Source: Macrostomum lignano (lineage: Eukaryota). Taken from it: a stretch of 64,000 nucleotides of DNA. This document shows, piece after piece, positions 12,201-23,600 of this stretch (the stretch's first letter is position 1; every line of letters begins with the position of its first letter). The translations under genes were made by a program, and so were the position numbers. The stretch lies in contig NIVC01000369.1 of NCBI GenBank assembly GCA_002269645.1, forward strand, positions 159,413 through 223,412. Reading direction: 5' to 3'. Below the pieces are notes generated by a model that did not search any database, was not told the DNA's origin, and saw only the letters and a program-made list of their open reading frames with translations.

Positions 12201-14765
12201 TCTGAAAGACCCATAGCTCCAATCTCACCCCTAGATAATCGAGTGTCTATGAGACCCGTAACTCCAATCTCACCCATAGATAATAGAGTGTCTAAGAGAC
12301 CATTCAGAATCTCAAAGATCACAATCGTGATATCTCTGCAATTAAAACTCCATAGTTAAATTCTATTTATTCACCTTGGCAGCCACAATCCTGGCCAGGC
12401 CAAAGTTAAGCGACAGAGCACAGCTAGTGGTCACAATCAGCGCGTCACACTGCAGAGTTGTGATATCGCGCGGCTCAACTCGAAGTGAGCATCGATCGTT
12501 CAATGCCAGCTCAAAATCGTACGGTCCAAGATCGCGAAGGTACTGAGTGTCCACAGGTACAACAGCGCAAGCGCCTTCTACAGCTGGGGCATCTGAAATA
12601 ATTAATATTTTCATTTAGGCCACATATTTGAATTGTTTCAAATGTATGCTTTAAAAAATAACAATTAGTTAGTTACCCTGAGACACTACATCTGGAAATA
12701 GAGGCCTTCTTGAACGACTGGTAGAGCTGATGACAGAAGAGGCTCGGCTCGCTGTGGACGTTGGCTGCTCAGAGGCCCATTTTCTCAAAGCTGACTGAGC
12801 ACAGCTCAGCACTTCTGGATGGCAAGCATGAAGCATTGCCAGCTTTGGTTCTGTTAACTGCATTTCAACTTGATATTGCTCATCTAGATCAACTTTGATT
12901 GGTGCCAGTTCTTGTTCAGTGAATTTTCTAGGCAGTTTAACCTTGCCAGATATGGTTGGAGGCAAGTCAGGCTCCTAAAATAGAAAATAATAGAAAACAC
13001 TTTCAAGACATAAGAACAAAATAAAGATATTTAAAGTCACTGTCTTACCTCTTTTCTTTCTACTATTTTTGCTGGCACAGTATTGTTAATTAGAAATTCA
13101 TCTGATCTTCTTGAAAATGTAACTAAAATGAAAAAAAATTATATAAATTGAGTCTTAAAAACATAAATTACATAAAGCCTTGTTAATATTACTTAGAATT
13201 GTTAGTTTTTAAGATCAAAAGATTAAATTGACCTTATTTAATTTATTTATATATTATACCAATTCTTATGAATCAGTATCTTATCTATAGCTGCTCCCTT
13301 ATCTATAAATATCCTTTTTTATTTGTAGCTAGCCTCCTATTTGTTATTCAAATTGTCAACTAGGGCATATATGTGTAACTGCTGGCTAACCTAGCTAATC
13401 TGGCCACTATAAATTGTGGTAGACTAGGGGTAAGTCTAAAAAATCTCTATCCCAAACAATATATATACTAATTTTGCACTGTTTGTCTGTTTGTCTGTCT
13501 GTCTTTTTGTTGTCTTTGATTTTTTCAAGAACTGTCTGGCCATTTTATCAAATTTGCTTTAAAAATTCCTACTTTTTTGGGGATCATGCATAACATTTTT
13601 TGATGAAAAATTGAATGGGAAGTAGGTCAAATATTCAAAAAATATTTTTTTTGATTTTAATAGGCACTCTGTTTATAAATTTAATTGCTCAGTTTAACCA
13701 TTTAAGCCTCTACTTGGCCAATGTACAGTATAGAATGTATATTTACAATAAAGTTAAGGAGTTTTATGACCCTTTATATAGTAGGCTTAAAATTTGTGGG
13801 GTTGTTTGACTTTCATTATCATTTACCAACCAGTCTAATATAGACAATTGATAAAGAGTGGGTACATAGGGAGGTTAAAAAACTGGCCTAAAATTTATCA
13901 ACCCCCTAAACTGCTTTGATCTTGTTTGTCTAATAATGTGAATGATATGATAATATGATTTGAATGATCATGTGAGTTCCAAATAATCAAATTCAAATTC
14001 AATTGAATTACAACAAAGTAAAAAGGTATTTTAAAAAGAATGAAAAAGAATGATAAACATTTAGCTAGTTAATCATTAAATATTAACCTTTAAAATCACA
14101 AAGTTTTTTATACAAAACTCAAATTCTCTATACACATTATATATCCTATAGTTTAGAAAGCAAAATTTATGCTAGGATTTCCTTTCATCCCTTTAGCCAG
14201 GATTTCCTGGCATACAAGGGTACTTTCTAACATATTTTTTAGTATACATCAATATATATCTCGGCATACATTACACAGCAAAAACATTGTGTTAATGACA
14301 CATTTAATTAGTTCTAGTATACAAATGAGGTCCTGTAATTTTTACCAGCATTAGACCAGCATACACTAATAGTTGTACATAATCCAAACTATGGTGAGCC
14401 AATTGCAAATACAAAATCATTTGACAACCATTTGATAAAATGCTAGTTGACAAAGTGACCAGCACCCATTTGTAGCTGGTATCCCCAATCACCCAATCAG
14501 TAGTAATACTACTACATTCTTACTTAAGGGTTGCAATAATAATGTTGGCAATGCACCGAAGAAAATTCTAATATTGACAGAATTACTCACCTTTGTTCTT
14601 GAAATACAGCTTTGCTAATGTGTGGTCCCCATTGAAAGGTTTGACAACACACAAAAATTCTTGCGAAAAAAGATCTGAGAAGTACGAATGCACAAGTTCC
14701 CAACTGACTTCATTTGGGTTCGAGTGTCGTGAAGATTTAGGAATAGAAATAGTTAAGGTAAACAT
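9229..14765 (-). CDS. Deltex-family E3 ubiquitin ligase (DTX3/DTX3L-like) with an internal macrodomain: N-terminal region - Macro - RING - DTC, about 640 aa, 7 exons
   Basis: Exons 14765-14591, 13122-13049, 12974-12677, 12592-12375, 12126-11387, 10801-10451 and 9295-9229; all GT-AG with matching phases, 1923 nt. DTC motifs GSQPANGTM...PGVQGREHPNPGLPY...VFTIGTSATTG...HHKTRIDGGPEGHGYPDPTYL; RING CELC...C...CVTC...CPLC; macro motifs RDITTLQCDALIV...FGLARIVAAKSG...LPARHILFLALP. The start ATG at 14765 is the least certain part. Confidence 0.88.
9386..10446. repeat. Purine-rich minisatellite (gccagctacagagggg...)n, 17-27-bp variants, in the last intron of the Deltex-like gene
   Basis: Tandem gccagctacagag cores separated by variable G/A spacers. 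Confidence 0.97.
10999..11228 (-). mobile_element. tRNA-derived SINE, copy 2 (in an intron of the Deltex-like gene)
   Basis: Same body as copy 1 (gcatctgaaggctgcgtac...cacccattttacagctgggtgaactgaagcaatgcag...gagaatcgaacccccgacctttcag). Confidence 0.9.
12160..12300. repeat. About 45-bp unit, 3 copies, intronic
   Basis: agaccc(g/a)taactccaatctcacc(t/c)atagataatcgagtgtct repeated. Confidence 0.85.
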
Positions 14766-15544
14766 AGTGCATCAACTATATTCTGGTAACTTGGTATGAA
14801 ATTCAAGACATTGGTGGAATGAGCATGAATCTTAAGCCGAAAACGAAAACTTGTTTCTTAGGAAAAGCAGAATTTAAAATTTGTACAACGCTTTTAAGAC
14901 AGTACGACATAAAATATTATAAGTAACCTAAATATGAACTTATGTGTGTTTCTTAAGATTTATTGAAATGATAGCGTTTAATGAATACTGAAAGTATAAA
15001 CGCATAAAATTTTGTTTTATAGCGTACTTTTTAACGATGCCAGTCTGTCCGGATGATGTTTTCTTTTTTTTCAGCGGAGTTTGTCGAGTGGATTGTGTCG
15101 TGCCATTTCTGCTAACTGTCGTGCTACTAAGAGTGAGACTGGAGTCGGAAATCAGCATAAATTTTTTGGTTAACCGTTGATTTTTCGTGTTTTGACTATT
15201 AGTTCTTCTAATCTTAGCTTTGCCTCAGCACTGACTTAGTACTGTCAAGGCCCTGACACAGGCGACAGAATGGGGCTTGCTATGTCGATACATATAGTAT
15301 AGCTAGGGCCTATACTCCTCCTATAGGCCTATGTAATGTATGATGCGTGCAAAAAGCAAATTTGAATAAAAAAGTAGACTAGGCCCTAGCTTTCTTTCAA
15401 AATGAGCATCCTTGTGTTGCAATTGCAAGGCAAGTTAGGCCTACATTGAATAAAATCAAAATCCTAATTAGGCCCCTAGGCCTAATACATAAGTATAGAG
15501 TATAGTATAGACCCACTACCCCTACCCTACTATACACTATCTAG

Positions 15545-15945
15545 TAGAGGTCGGACGGGATCCCGATCCCGATCCCGAAATCTTGGGATCCCAAGGAAAA
15601 TTGGATTCCCGCGGGACTAGAATCCCAACCCTAAAAAACACGAGAAACGGGAACAGGTCTTTTGATTAAAAATTTATAGAATTAGTGATTACTTGAATGT
15701 ATTTTGTTTTACCTTGTACTCATTACATTATTAATTTGTTGGTTACAAAACTTGTCAATCAATCAATTTTGTTGTATTCTACTTTTTGATCTTGACATTT
15801 TTAGCTCAATTTTGTTTAACTTTATATGGACCTACAAGCTACAATACACTAAAAGACCTGATCCCGAATCCCGATCCCGATCTTGAGAAAAAAAATATTC
15901 CCGATCCCGATCCTGCCCAAAGATTTCAATCCCGTCCGACCTCTT
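15545..15945. mobile_element. About 400-bp non-autonomous hAT-like MITE
   Basis: 16-bp TIRs tagaggtcggacggga / tcccgtccgacctct(t) match 15 of 16. Flanks ctatctag (15537-15544) and ctatctaa (15946-15953) form an 8-bp TSD with one mismatch. Subterminal cccgat repeats occur at both ends. Confidence 0.8.
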
Positions 15946-17013
15946 CTATCTAAGGCCTATCACAAAAAATCCTTGGCTTTATAAATATAATTAAAGAAAC
16001 TTTAATCTTTAGGGCCTATAAAATTAAAATAATTGGCCTACTATAACCCTAAACCATAGGGCCTAGCTAAGATGCATAATAGGCCCAAATTATACCTAAT
16101 CATATAGCATATATAAGCCTATTAACTAGGTCTAGGCCTAGTTAAAATTAAATTCATTCAAGAAAAAAACAATAAAAGAAAATGTCTAAAGCACAATGCC
16201 CTAGCTAGTTTCCTACCTTAAACTATTTTTTGACACTAAATTTGAAACAAATAAACCAAAATAAACCAAATAAGTTTGGTTTATTTTGATAAACTAAAAT
16301 AAGTTTTCTAAAGTATACTTAAGATATATGTAAGTCTTTAAACTACTGATTAAGGTCTTAAAAACAGCATTTATATAGTATGATAATAGGTCACCTTATA
16401 CTATAGAAGAAGTTGCTGAAACACTGCTTAAGATAGGCCCCTAGTAGGTATTAGAAGAACTTGCTGACTGAGATAGAAATCAAAAAGGTCATTACAATCA
16501 GTTTATGACTAGTAGGGCCTAGGCCTATCATTTGTTAAATTTAGATATAAAATTTATGGGAATCGGACATTTTGTCCAAAAACTTTTTGTCTGGGTCTCT
16601 TCATCTGGATGAGAAATTTTATCTAAAGTTCTAAAAGGTATGGCATTTTGTCCAATAGGCACAACATTTTGTCCAAGTCCGATATACAAATAATTTAAAA
16701 TGGTACTAGCATTATAAAATGTACTAGCATTGTAAAATGGCATTAAAACCTCAAGTAGTAAAATGATATATATAGAATGTCATGTTGATGCAAATGTTAA
16801 GTAGGTGATGCATTAGGCCTAGGTTTAACCATTTTTGAAAAATAAATATGGCCCACAGACTTTAGGAAGCTGTTGGGGCTACTTTGTCCTTTTTTGAAAA
16901 GTTGCCACTGATGAGCAATGCATCCCTGGATTGTCTTTGATGCTTTACATTGGTATCGCAGCACAATGCCCTAGTCTAGAAGCTATTTTTGTATCAAAAT
17001 CAACTGAGCCTTA

Positions 17014-19823
17014 GGTAGGGGGTCCAGTGAGAAAATTTTTTTTTTCGAAATCCAAATTTTTAATCATGCCATGTTGTAGTCCTGGATGTTATGAGTGAAA
17101 TGACACCAAACTTTTGAAAATTGATCAAGTAATAAAAAAGTTATGGAGTTTTTCGTTTCAAAAAAATGGTGTTTTTTCCCTATCTGAAATACACTAAAAA
17201 CTGTGCCATTTTTGGGCAAAAAAACATGTTTTGTGCAGTAAAATGTCTGTAACTTTCTTATTTTATAACCAATTTTAGTGCTTTATGTTTTATTTTGTAG
17301 ATTTTTGTTGCTACAACATTATCTGATATTTTTTTCTATATATATACTGTTCTATATATGCAGATATCTGGGGATTAGGACAAAAAGGTGAAGAAAAAAA
17401 ATTTTCTGGAGTACCATTCTTTGGCTTTTTCATGGTATAGTTTCTATTTACCTTATTTTATATTACTTCCATGTCAAAGAAATACTTGTATACTATAATT
17501 AGTAAGATTTTTGACTTTCTACTATAAGTAGTATTTAAATGAGTGACTATTATTTCTATGAAAACGGGTCTTCCAAAGTACCATTCTGGATGTCTATGTT
17601 GTCTAAAAATCTATGTAGCTCGTGTCAATATTAATCTTAACTATCTTCATGCTGGAGTCATTCAAAAGATTTTTGTAGTCCATTTAACAGCTGTAATGAA
17701 TCGATACTGTATTAAGTAATATGTTACTAAATCATGTACTTTCATGTTTGAAGAGACCATGCCCATATTCAGCAATTGATCGAATATAGATTTACAGTTT
17801 ATCTGCATCATTTGATTCATTTACTTGTTCACTGTGTTCACTTTTCAGCGCGATAGCTGTTCGTGGTAATCCAGTCAATTTGTCTGCTATCAAATTCAGC
17901 TGCAGTCAGTGCAGCTCGTCAGCAAATATTTCATCTGCTGTGCTGGCCTTCTCATCGTACTATGAGTCTACTACAGTACTACAACTGTAGCTACTACAAT
18001 CAAGCCAGTCAAGAATGAGACAATATTACAGGGTGGGTTTCAGGTCCTTGACACGAATGTAGGTCGCCATCGTGTCCAGGGTGCTGGAATCAGCCAGCAG
18101 GCAGTCAACAAAACCCGTGTGCGTGCCTTTCCTCTCCAGTATTAAGGTGTCTGCAGCGTCAGTAGCATCTGCACCAGCTGCGGGCGGTACGAACCGGCTT
18201 GGATGACATGGCCTGGCAGCTGGAGACTGGAGTCGCCAACTGCGCAACAACAGTTTGCTGAGATGGGACACCATGTTGGTGATTGGTGAATTGTGACTTG
18301 CTCGTAGCCAATCTAACAATCTTGAGCAATACACAGCGTGATTACATTGTATACTGTAGTATGTACATGCACATGTATGAGAGTATGACAGTCGATTCGT
18401 CTGCTCCTGTTTTCATCCCCAGTCAGTTGTCTCCCAGCAGCCGAATTGGCTGAGAACCCTTTTAGTCAGTTCAGCCTCTACTCAACTGCTTCACTTTAGT
18501 GCTTTAATATTTTTAATTAGCTTGGCAGAATGTCTCAGTCTGCCTGCAGACACTAAACTAGACGCACTTTGTAACCTGTGGAGGCAGTAACAAAAGTGAA
18601 AAAGGTGCGGGACCTGTAGAGGTCAAAGGTGTGCGAGGAAGCTGCTGGCAAGCAGAGTCCCTGGGTCATCTACATGGGCCAGGCACTTGTCTTTCCTGCT
18701 GTGGTCCCAGCTGCAACTGAGCCAGAGTCGACTTCTAGCACGCCAGTTTGCCAACCTTTGCTGCTGCTGTTGCCTGGTCCCCTTCAGAGAAGAGGGCGCC
18801 GACGCAGGCCTTCGAGAAGCTGCGCGCAATCTTCGGGCCCAGCTGGAATGATCAGAGGCGACTGTAGAAAGCTTCACCCATGAGCTTGTCATGCACTCAT
18901 AGTAGATACTGTATAGGCGCAGCATGTCTGGCATCTGGAAGATCTGCAAATAAAAGATGGATTAGTGAGAAATGCATAAGAAATATAGTATATCGTAAGT
19001 CCTGCTATCCCTTTTTAAAGAAAAATTGCATACATGACTTCTTTTCGAATATACAGCCCCTCAATGTACATTTTTCCTATCTCGGTAGTGTATTTTGCAT
19101 GTACACCTGTGCCAATTATGCTTAATAACGTTGGTGCGGCAAAAGTTATCAGTATGTGCCTTTAGGACAAAGATTTTGGCCTGTTTTGCTATCATTTTAT
19201 CGAAGAAACTAACTGGCCATTCTTTTGAGCTTCGAAAATTTCCCGATTTTAATGTCTCTTATGGGGATTTGCATGCATTTTGACGATTTCTGTTAAGCAT
19301 ACTGCGGCAAGAGTTACACTCATCTTGTCTTGCCTAAAAGTTTCATTTTGTCCCTAGAAGTAAGTAGCAAAAAGAATTAGGGTGGCCGCTCTTTCCATTC
19401 AAAAGTTATGGCCATTTTAAATTTTACATGTACATGTACATGTACATATTTTTGAACAAAAAAAGTTCACTTAAAATGACCTCCAGGAAGTTACCTACAC
19501 TCAGTGTGCAAGCATTCTTAGCAGTTATGCACTCATTTACTAAAAAACGAATCCTCCCGATCCCATATTTTCAAGCAAATTCGGCACAGTTTTGAAAATG
19601 TACGAAAATGTACACAATGTTTGACAGGCTGTATCTTTGTAATCGTATGTCCTAAACATGAAAACTATATGTCGTTTAAAACATCTGTTTGCCTTCTTTT
19701 CAATGAATATAAGAACGTGGTCATATCTCAAATATTTAAAAAGTTACATACGTTTAAAGAAGACCACTTTTACCATTTTTCGGTTTTGCACATGCTAAAA
19801 ATAGGCTCGCTGGACACCCTACC
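17014..19823. mobile_element. 2.8-kb non-autonomous TIR DNA transposon with TTA target duplication (PIF/Harbinger-like)
   Basis: Left end ggtagggggtccagtgag versus reverse complement of the right end ggtagggtgtccagcgag: 16 of 18 identical. TTA at 17011-17013 and 19824-19826. AT-rich subterminal regions; no intact transposase ORF found. Superfamily assignment rests on the TSD only. Confidence 0.65.
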
Positions 19824-20675
19824 TTAGGTTACTAAGCACTAGAACCTTGGTTGGTTGGATAGATGATTCAATGGCAGCCAACATTGCCTTGTCTATTAGA
19901 GTCCCTATCGCACTGAACAGTCTGCAACAGCCTTCTAGCATAGCTATATTGCAACTTGCATCTTTATCATTATGCCTGCTATAGGCAAGTGCCCATATTC
20001 ATGGCATTCAACTAAGTGCTTGTCAAATTGACAAACTACTGCAGAGCAAGTTGTGTCTATATTCTGGTGTATACATGCTGGTATGTACATATTATTAACA
20101 TTACTATATACCATATTAACAATATAAATTTGCTTAAAATTTTATGTCAAAATAATTTAAGTAGGAAACTAGGGCATTGCCTAGCTATATAAAATGATAT
20201 ATTAACGATATACATAGGAACATTACAAAGTTTGCATTGCTGATTTACAATAATTTAATAGTTAATACAGCAATAGGCCCATGTTTAGGATTTATAAAAT
20301 ACAATATAAATATAAAATTTCAATTTTTTGTTTTAACTTTTAGCTAATAGTTTACAATATTTTTCATACAAGCAATTTTTTAATAGCAAAAACTTAAGAC
20401 ATTTTTCTTTTTGTCCTTGTCTTATTTCTACTAGTCTAACCTTGATTTTTTGGTAGCTAGTTCCAAAGATACAATAAAGCAAAACCTTTTTTTAATTCTA
20501 ATAGATGCTTCCAAGGTAAAAATTTTATCATCAACAAGTTTTCTTTCATTGTCATAGTATTTATTTGAATTTTGTTATGATATATTGGCTATAATCACAG
20601 TACATCTCTACAAAAAATGAGTAAACTAAGCAAAATATGGTTTTATTTTGAAGCTGTAATTAAATTAAATTCCAG

Positions 20676-23600
20676 GCAGACTTTTCATCCTTGCTGACAG
20701 AAATTGACCACTACCTTGGTTGTAGTGGTAAGCAGTCAGACAGTGGCGCCAACAACAATGAGCTGGTGCTGTCCCATCGAATTGATGTAAGTCTTGTTGT
20801 TCACTAGACTCCATTGTCTCAATCGCATTTGTCAATTATCAGCTGGTATATCTCTTAGATATGAATCCCTAGATCCCATTTCTTTTTGCAAATCTTATTC
20901 CCACATCCTAGTCTATTCCCAGGTCACATTCTCTTTCCAGATCCCATTCTCTTCCCAGATCCCATTCGCTTCCCAGATCCCATTCTCTTCCCAGGTGCCA
21001 TTCTCTTCTCAGATCTCATTCTCTTCCCAGGTTGAATTCCTTTCCCAGATCCCATTCTCTTATCAGGTTGCATTCATTTCCCAGATCCCATTCTCTTATC
21101 AGGTTGCATTCATTTCCCAGATCCCATTCTCTTCCCAGATCCCATTCTCTTCCCAGATCCGATTCTCTTATCAGGTTGCATTCCTTTCCCAGATCCCATT
21201 CTCTTCCCAGATCCCATTCTCTTATCAGGTTGCATTCTTTTCCCAGATCCCATTCTCTTCCCAGATCCCATTCTCTTATCAGGTTGCATTCCTTTCCCAG
21301 ATCCCATTCTCTTCCCAGATCCCATTCTCTTATCAGGTTGCATTCATTTCCCAGATCCCATTCTCTTCCCAGATCCCATTCTCTTATCAGGTTGCATTCT
21401 TTTCCCAGATCCCATTCTCTTCCCAGATCCCATTCTCTTATCAGGTTGCATTCCTTTCCCAGATCCCATTCTCTTATCAGGTTGCATTCTCTTCCCAGAT
21501 CCCATTCTCTTCCCAGATCTTATTCTCTTCCTAGATCCAATCTCTTCCCAACTCCCCAGTCTCCTTCCAGACCCTAGTCTCTCCCCAGATCCCACCCCCT
21601 CACCTGATACATTTCTTTCTCTCCCCAGATCCCATTGTCTTCATATCTTATTGCATCTCATTATCTTCCAGTATCCCAATCTCCTAGGTTCTAGATCCCA
21701 ATGCCTTCTCTACGCGTCACTTGCAATGCTAATAATATTGATATTCATTGAATTGCTCAACAATCCAGCACTTCTTGGGTCTGCACCCGTCACAACTGGA
21801 GCTGGAGTCCGACGTGACTCGGGATTGTCTGGAAGCACTGCTGGAACTGCTTGTCACCGGCCGGAGCGGAGTGTCTCACTCTCTTCGACGCAGATGCGTA
21901 AAGCTATTGACCCACCTGGGTGAGTTCAGTTACGTTAGATAAAACTTACGTGTTTCTATTTAAGACTACTAAGATTATAATTGGGATTTCGGATTCAAAT
22001 AGTTATTTATATATGATATTATTATAGGGATTTATGGGATTCTAATTCAAGAGATTTTTAAGAGATTCTAATTCGGATGTATAAAATTCTAATTCGAATT
22101 TATGAGATTCTAATTCGGAGTTTTATGAAATTCTAATTTGGATTTATGAGATTCTAATTCGGAATTTTATGAAATTCTAATTCGAATTTATGAGATGCTA
22201 ATTCGGAATTTTATGAAATTCTAATTCGAATTTATGAGATGCTAATTGAGATTTATGCGTTTCTAATAGGGATTCATGGAATTCTAATAGGGATTCATGA
22301 GATGCTAATTGAGATTTATGCGTTTCTAATTGGGATTTTATGTGTTTGTATTGGGGTTTATGAGATTCTAATTTAGATATTTGATATTCTAATAGGAATT
22401 TCTGAGAATCTAATAGGATTTATGAAATTTTAATAGGGATTTATGAGATTCGAAAAGAGATTTATGATAACAGACAGTTATTGCCCATTCCTAATAAATT
22501 TTCAGCAAGCAGTCGAGCGTGGCAGGAGACGCTGCTGGAATCGCACAGCTGCTTGGATCGACTGCCAGTGTTCTTTCATCAGCGTCCATCGCATCCGTTG
22601 CTGACTGACGGCCTGTGCTTGCTGCAGGCGCTCTGCTTTGATTATCATTTTGGTGCTTGGACTGACGGTGACAGGGCTGCGGCTGTTGCCTCCGTGGTTT
22701 CCGTGCTGCTGTTCTATCTCAGGTAGGCTTGTAATATAGCTTCAGGGAGGGGTGGGTAGCCTAAAAACTTCAGGGAGGGGTTTGTAGTATGATAAAACAG
22801 CAAGGTGGGGTTTTGTGGCTTGATAAAACTTCAGGTAGGTGTTTGTAGCCTGATAAAACTTCAGAGAATAGTTATTAGTCTGATAAAACTTCAGGGAGGG
22901 GTTAGTAACTTGATAAAACTTCTGGTAGGGGTTTGTAGCCTGATAAAACTTCAGAGAATAGTTATTAGTCTGATAAAACTTCAGAGAATAGTTATTAGCC
23001 TGATAAAACTTCAGGTAGGGGTTAGTAGCCTGATAAAACTTCAGAGAATAGTTATTAGTCTGATAAAACTTCAGGGAGGGGTTAGTAACTTGATAAAACT
23101 TCTGGTAGGGGTTTGTAGCCTGATAAAACTTCAGAGAATAATTATTAGTCTGATAAAACTTCAGGGAGGGGTTATTAACCTGATAAAACTTCAGGGAGGG
23201 GTTTGTAGCTAGATAAAACTTCAGAGAATGGTTATTAGCCTGATAAAACTTCAGGGAGGGGTTATTAGCTTGATAAAACTTCAGAGAATGGTTATTAGCC
23301 TGATAAAACTTCAGGGAGGGGTTAGTAGCTAGATAAAACTTCAGAGAATAGTTATTAGCCTGATAAAACTTCAGGGAGGGGTTAGTAGCTAGATAAAACT
23401 TCAGAGAATAGTTATTAGCCTGATAAAACTTCAGGGAGGGGTTAGTAGCTAGATAAAACTTCAGAGAATAGTTATTAGCCTGATAAAACTTCAGGGAGGG
23501 GTTAGTAACTTGATAAAACTTCTGGTAGGGGTTTGTAGCCTGATAAAACTTTAGAGAATAGTTATTAGTCTGATAAAACTTCAGGGAGGGGTTAGTAACC

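Noticed and set aside
14940-15158. Possible extra 5' exon of the Deltex-like gene
   Set aside because: I could not find phase-compatible splice sites linking it to the exon at 14765.
18026-18949. ORFs of 80-108 aa and a faint resemblance to LINE RT C-terminal motifs (AFEKLRAIF)
   Set aside because: The similarity needs several assumed frameshifts. Kept only as unassigned cargo of the TIR element.
20794-21595. Repeat-derived ORFs (also at 22805, 25185, 29696, 31147, 36075, 39074, 45370, 50345, 51574, 58733-60125 and 60859-61489)
   Set aside because: Periodic translations of tandem repeats lying in introns or spacers.
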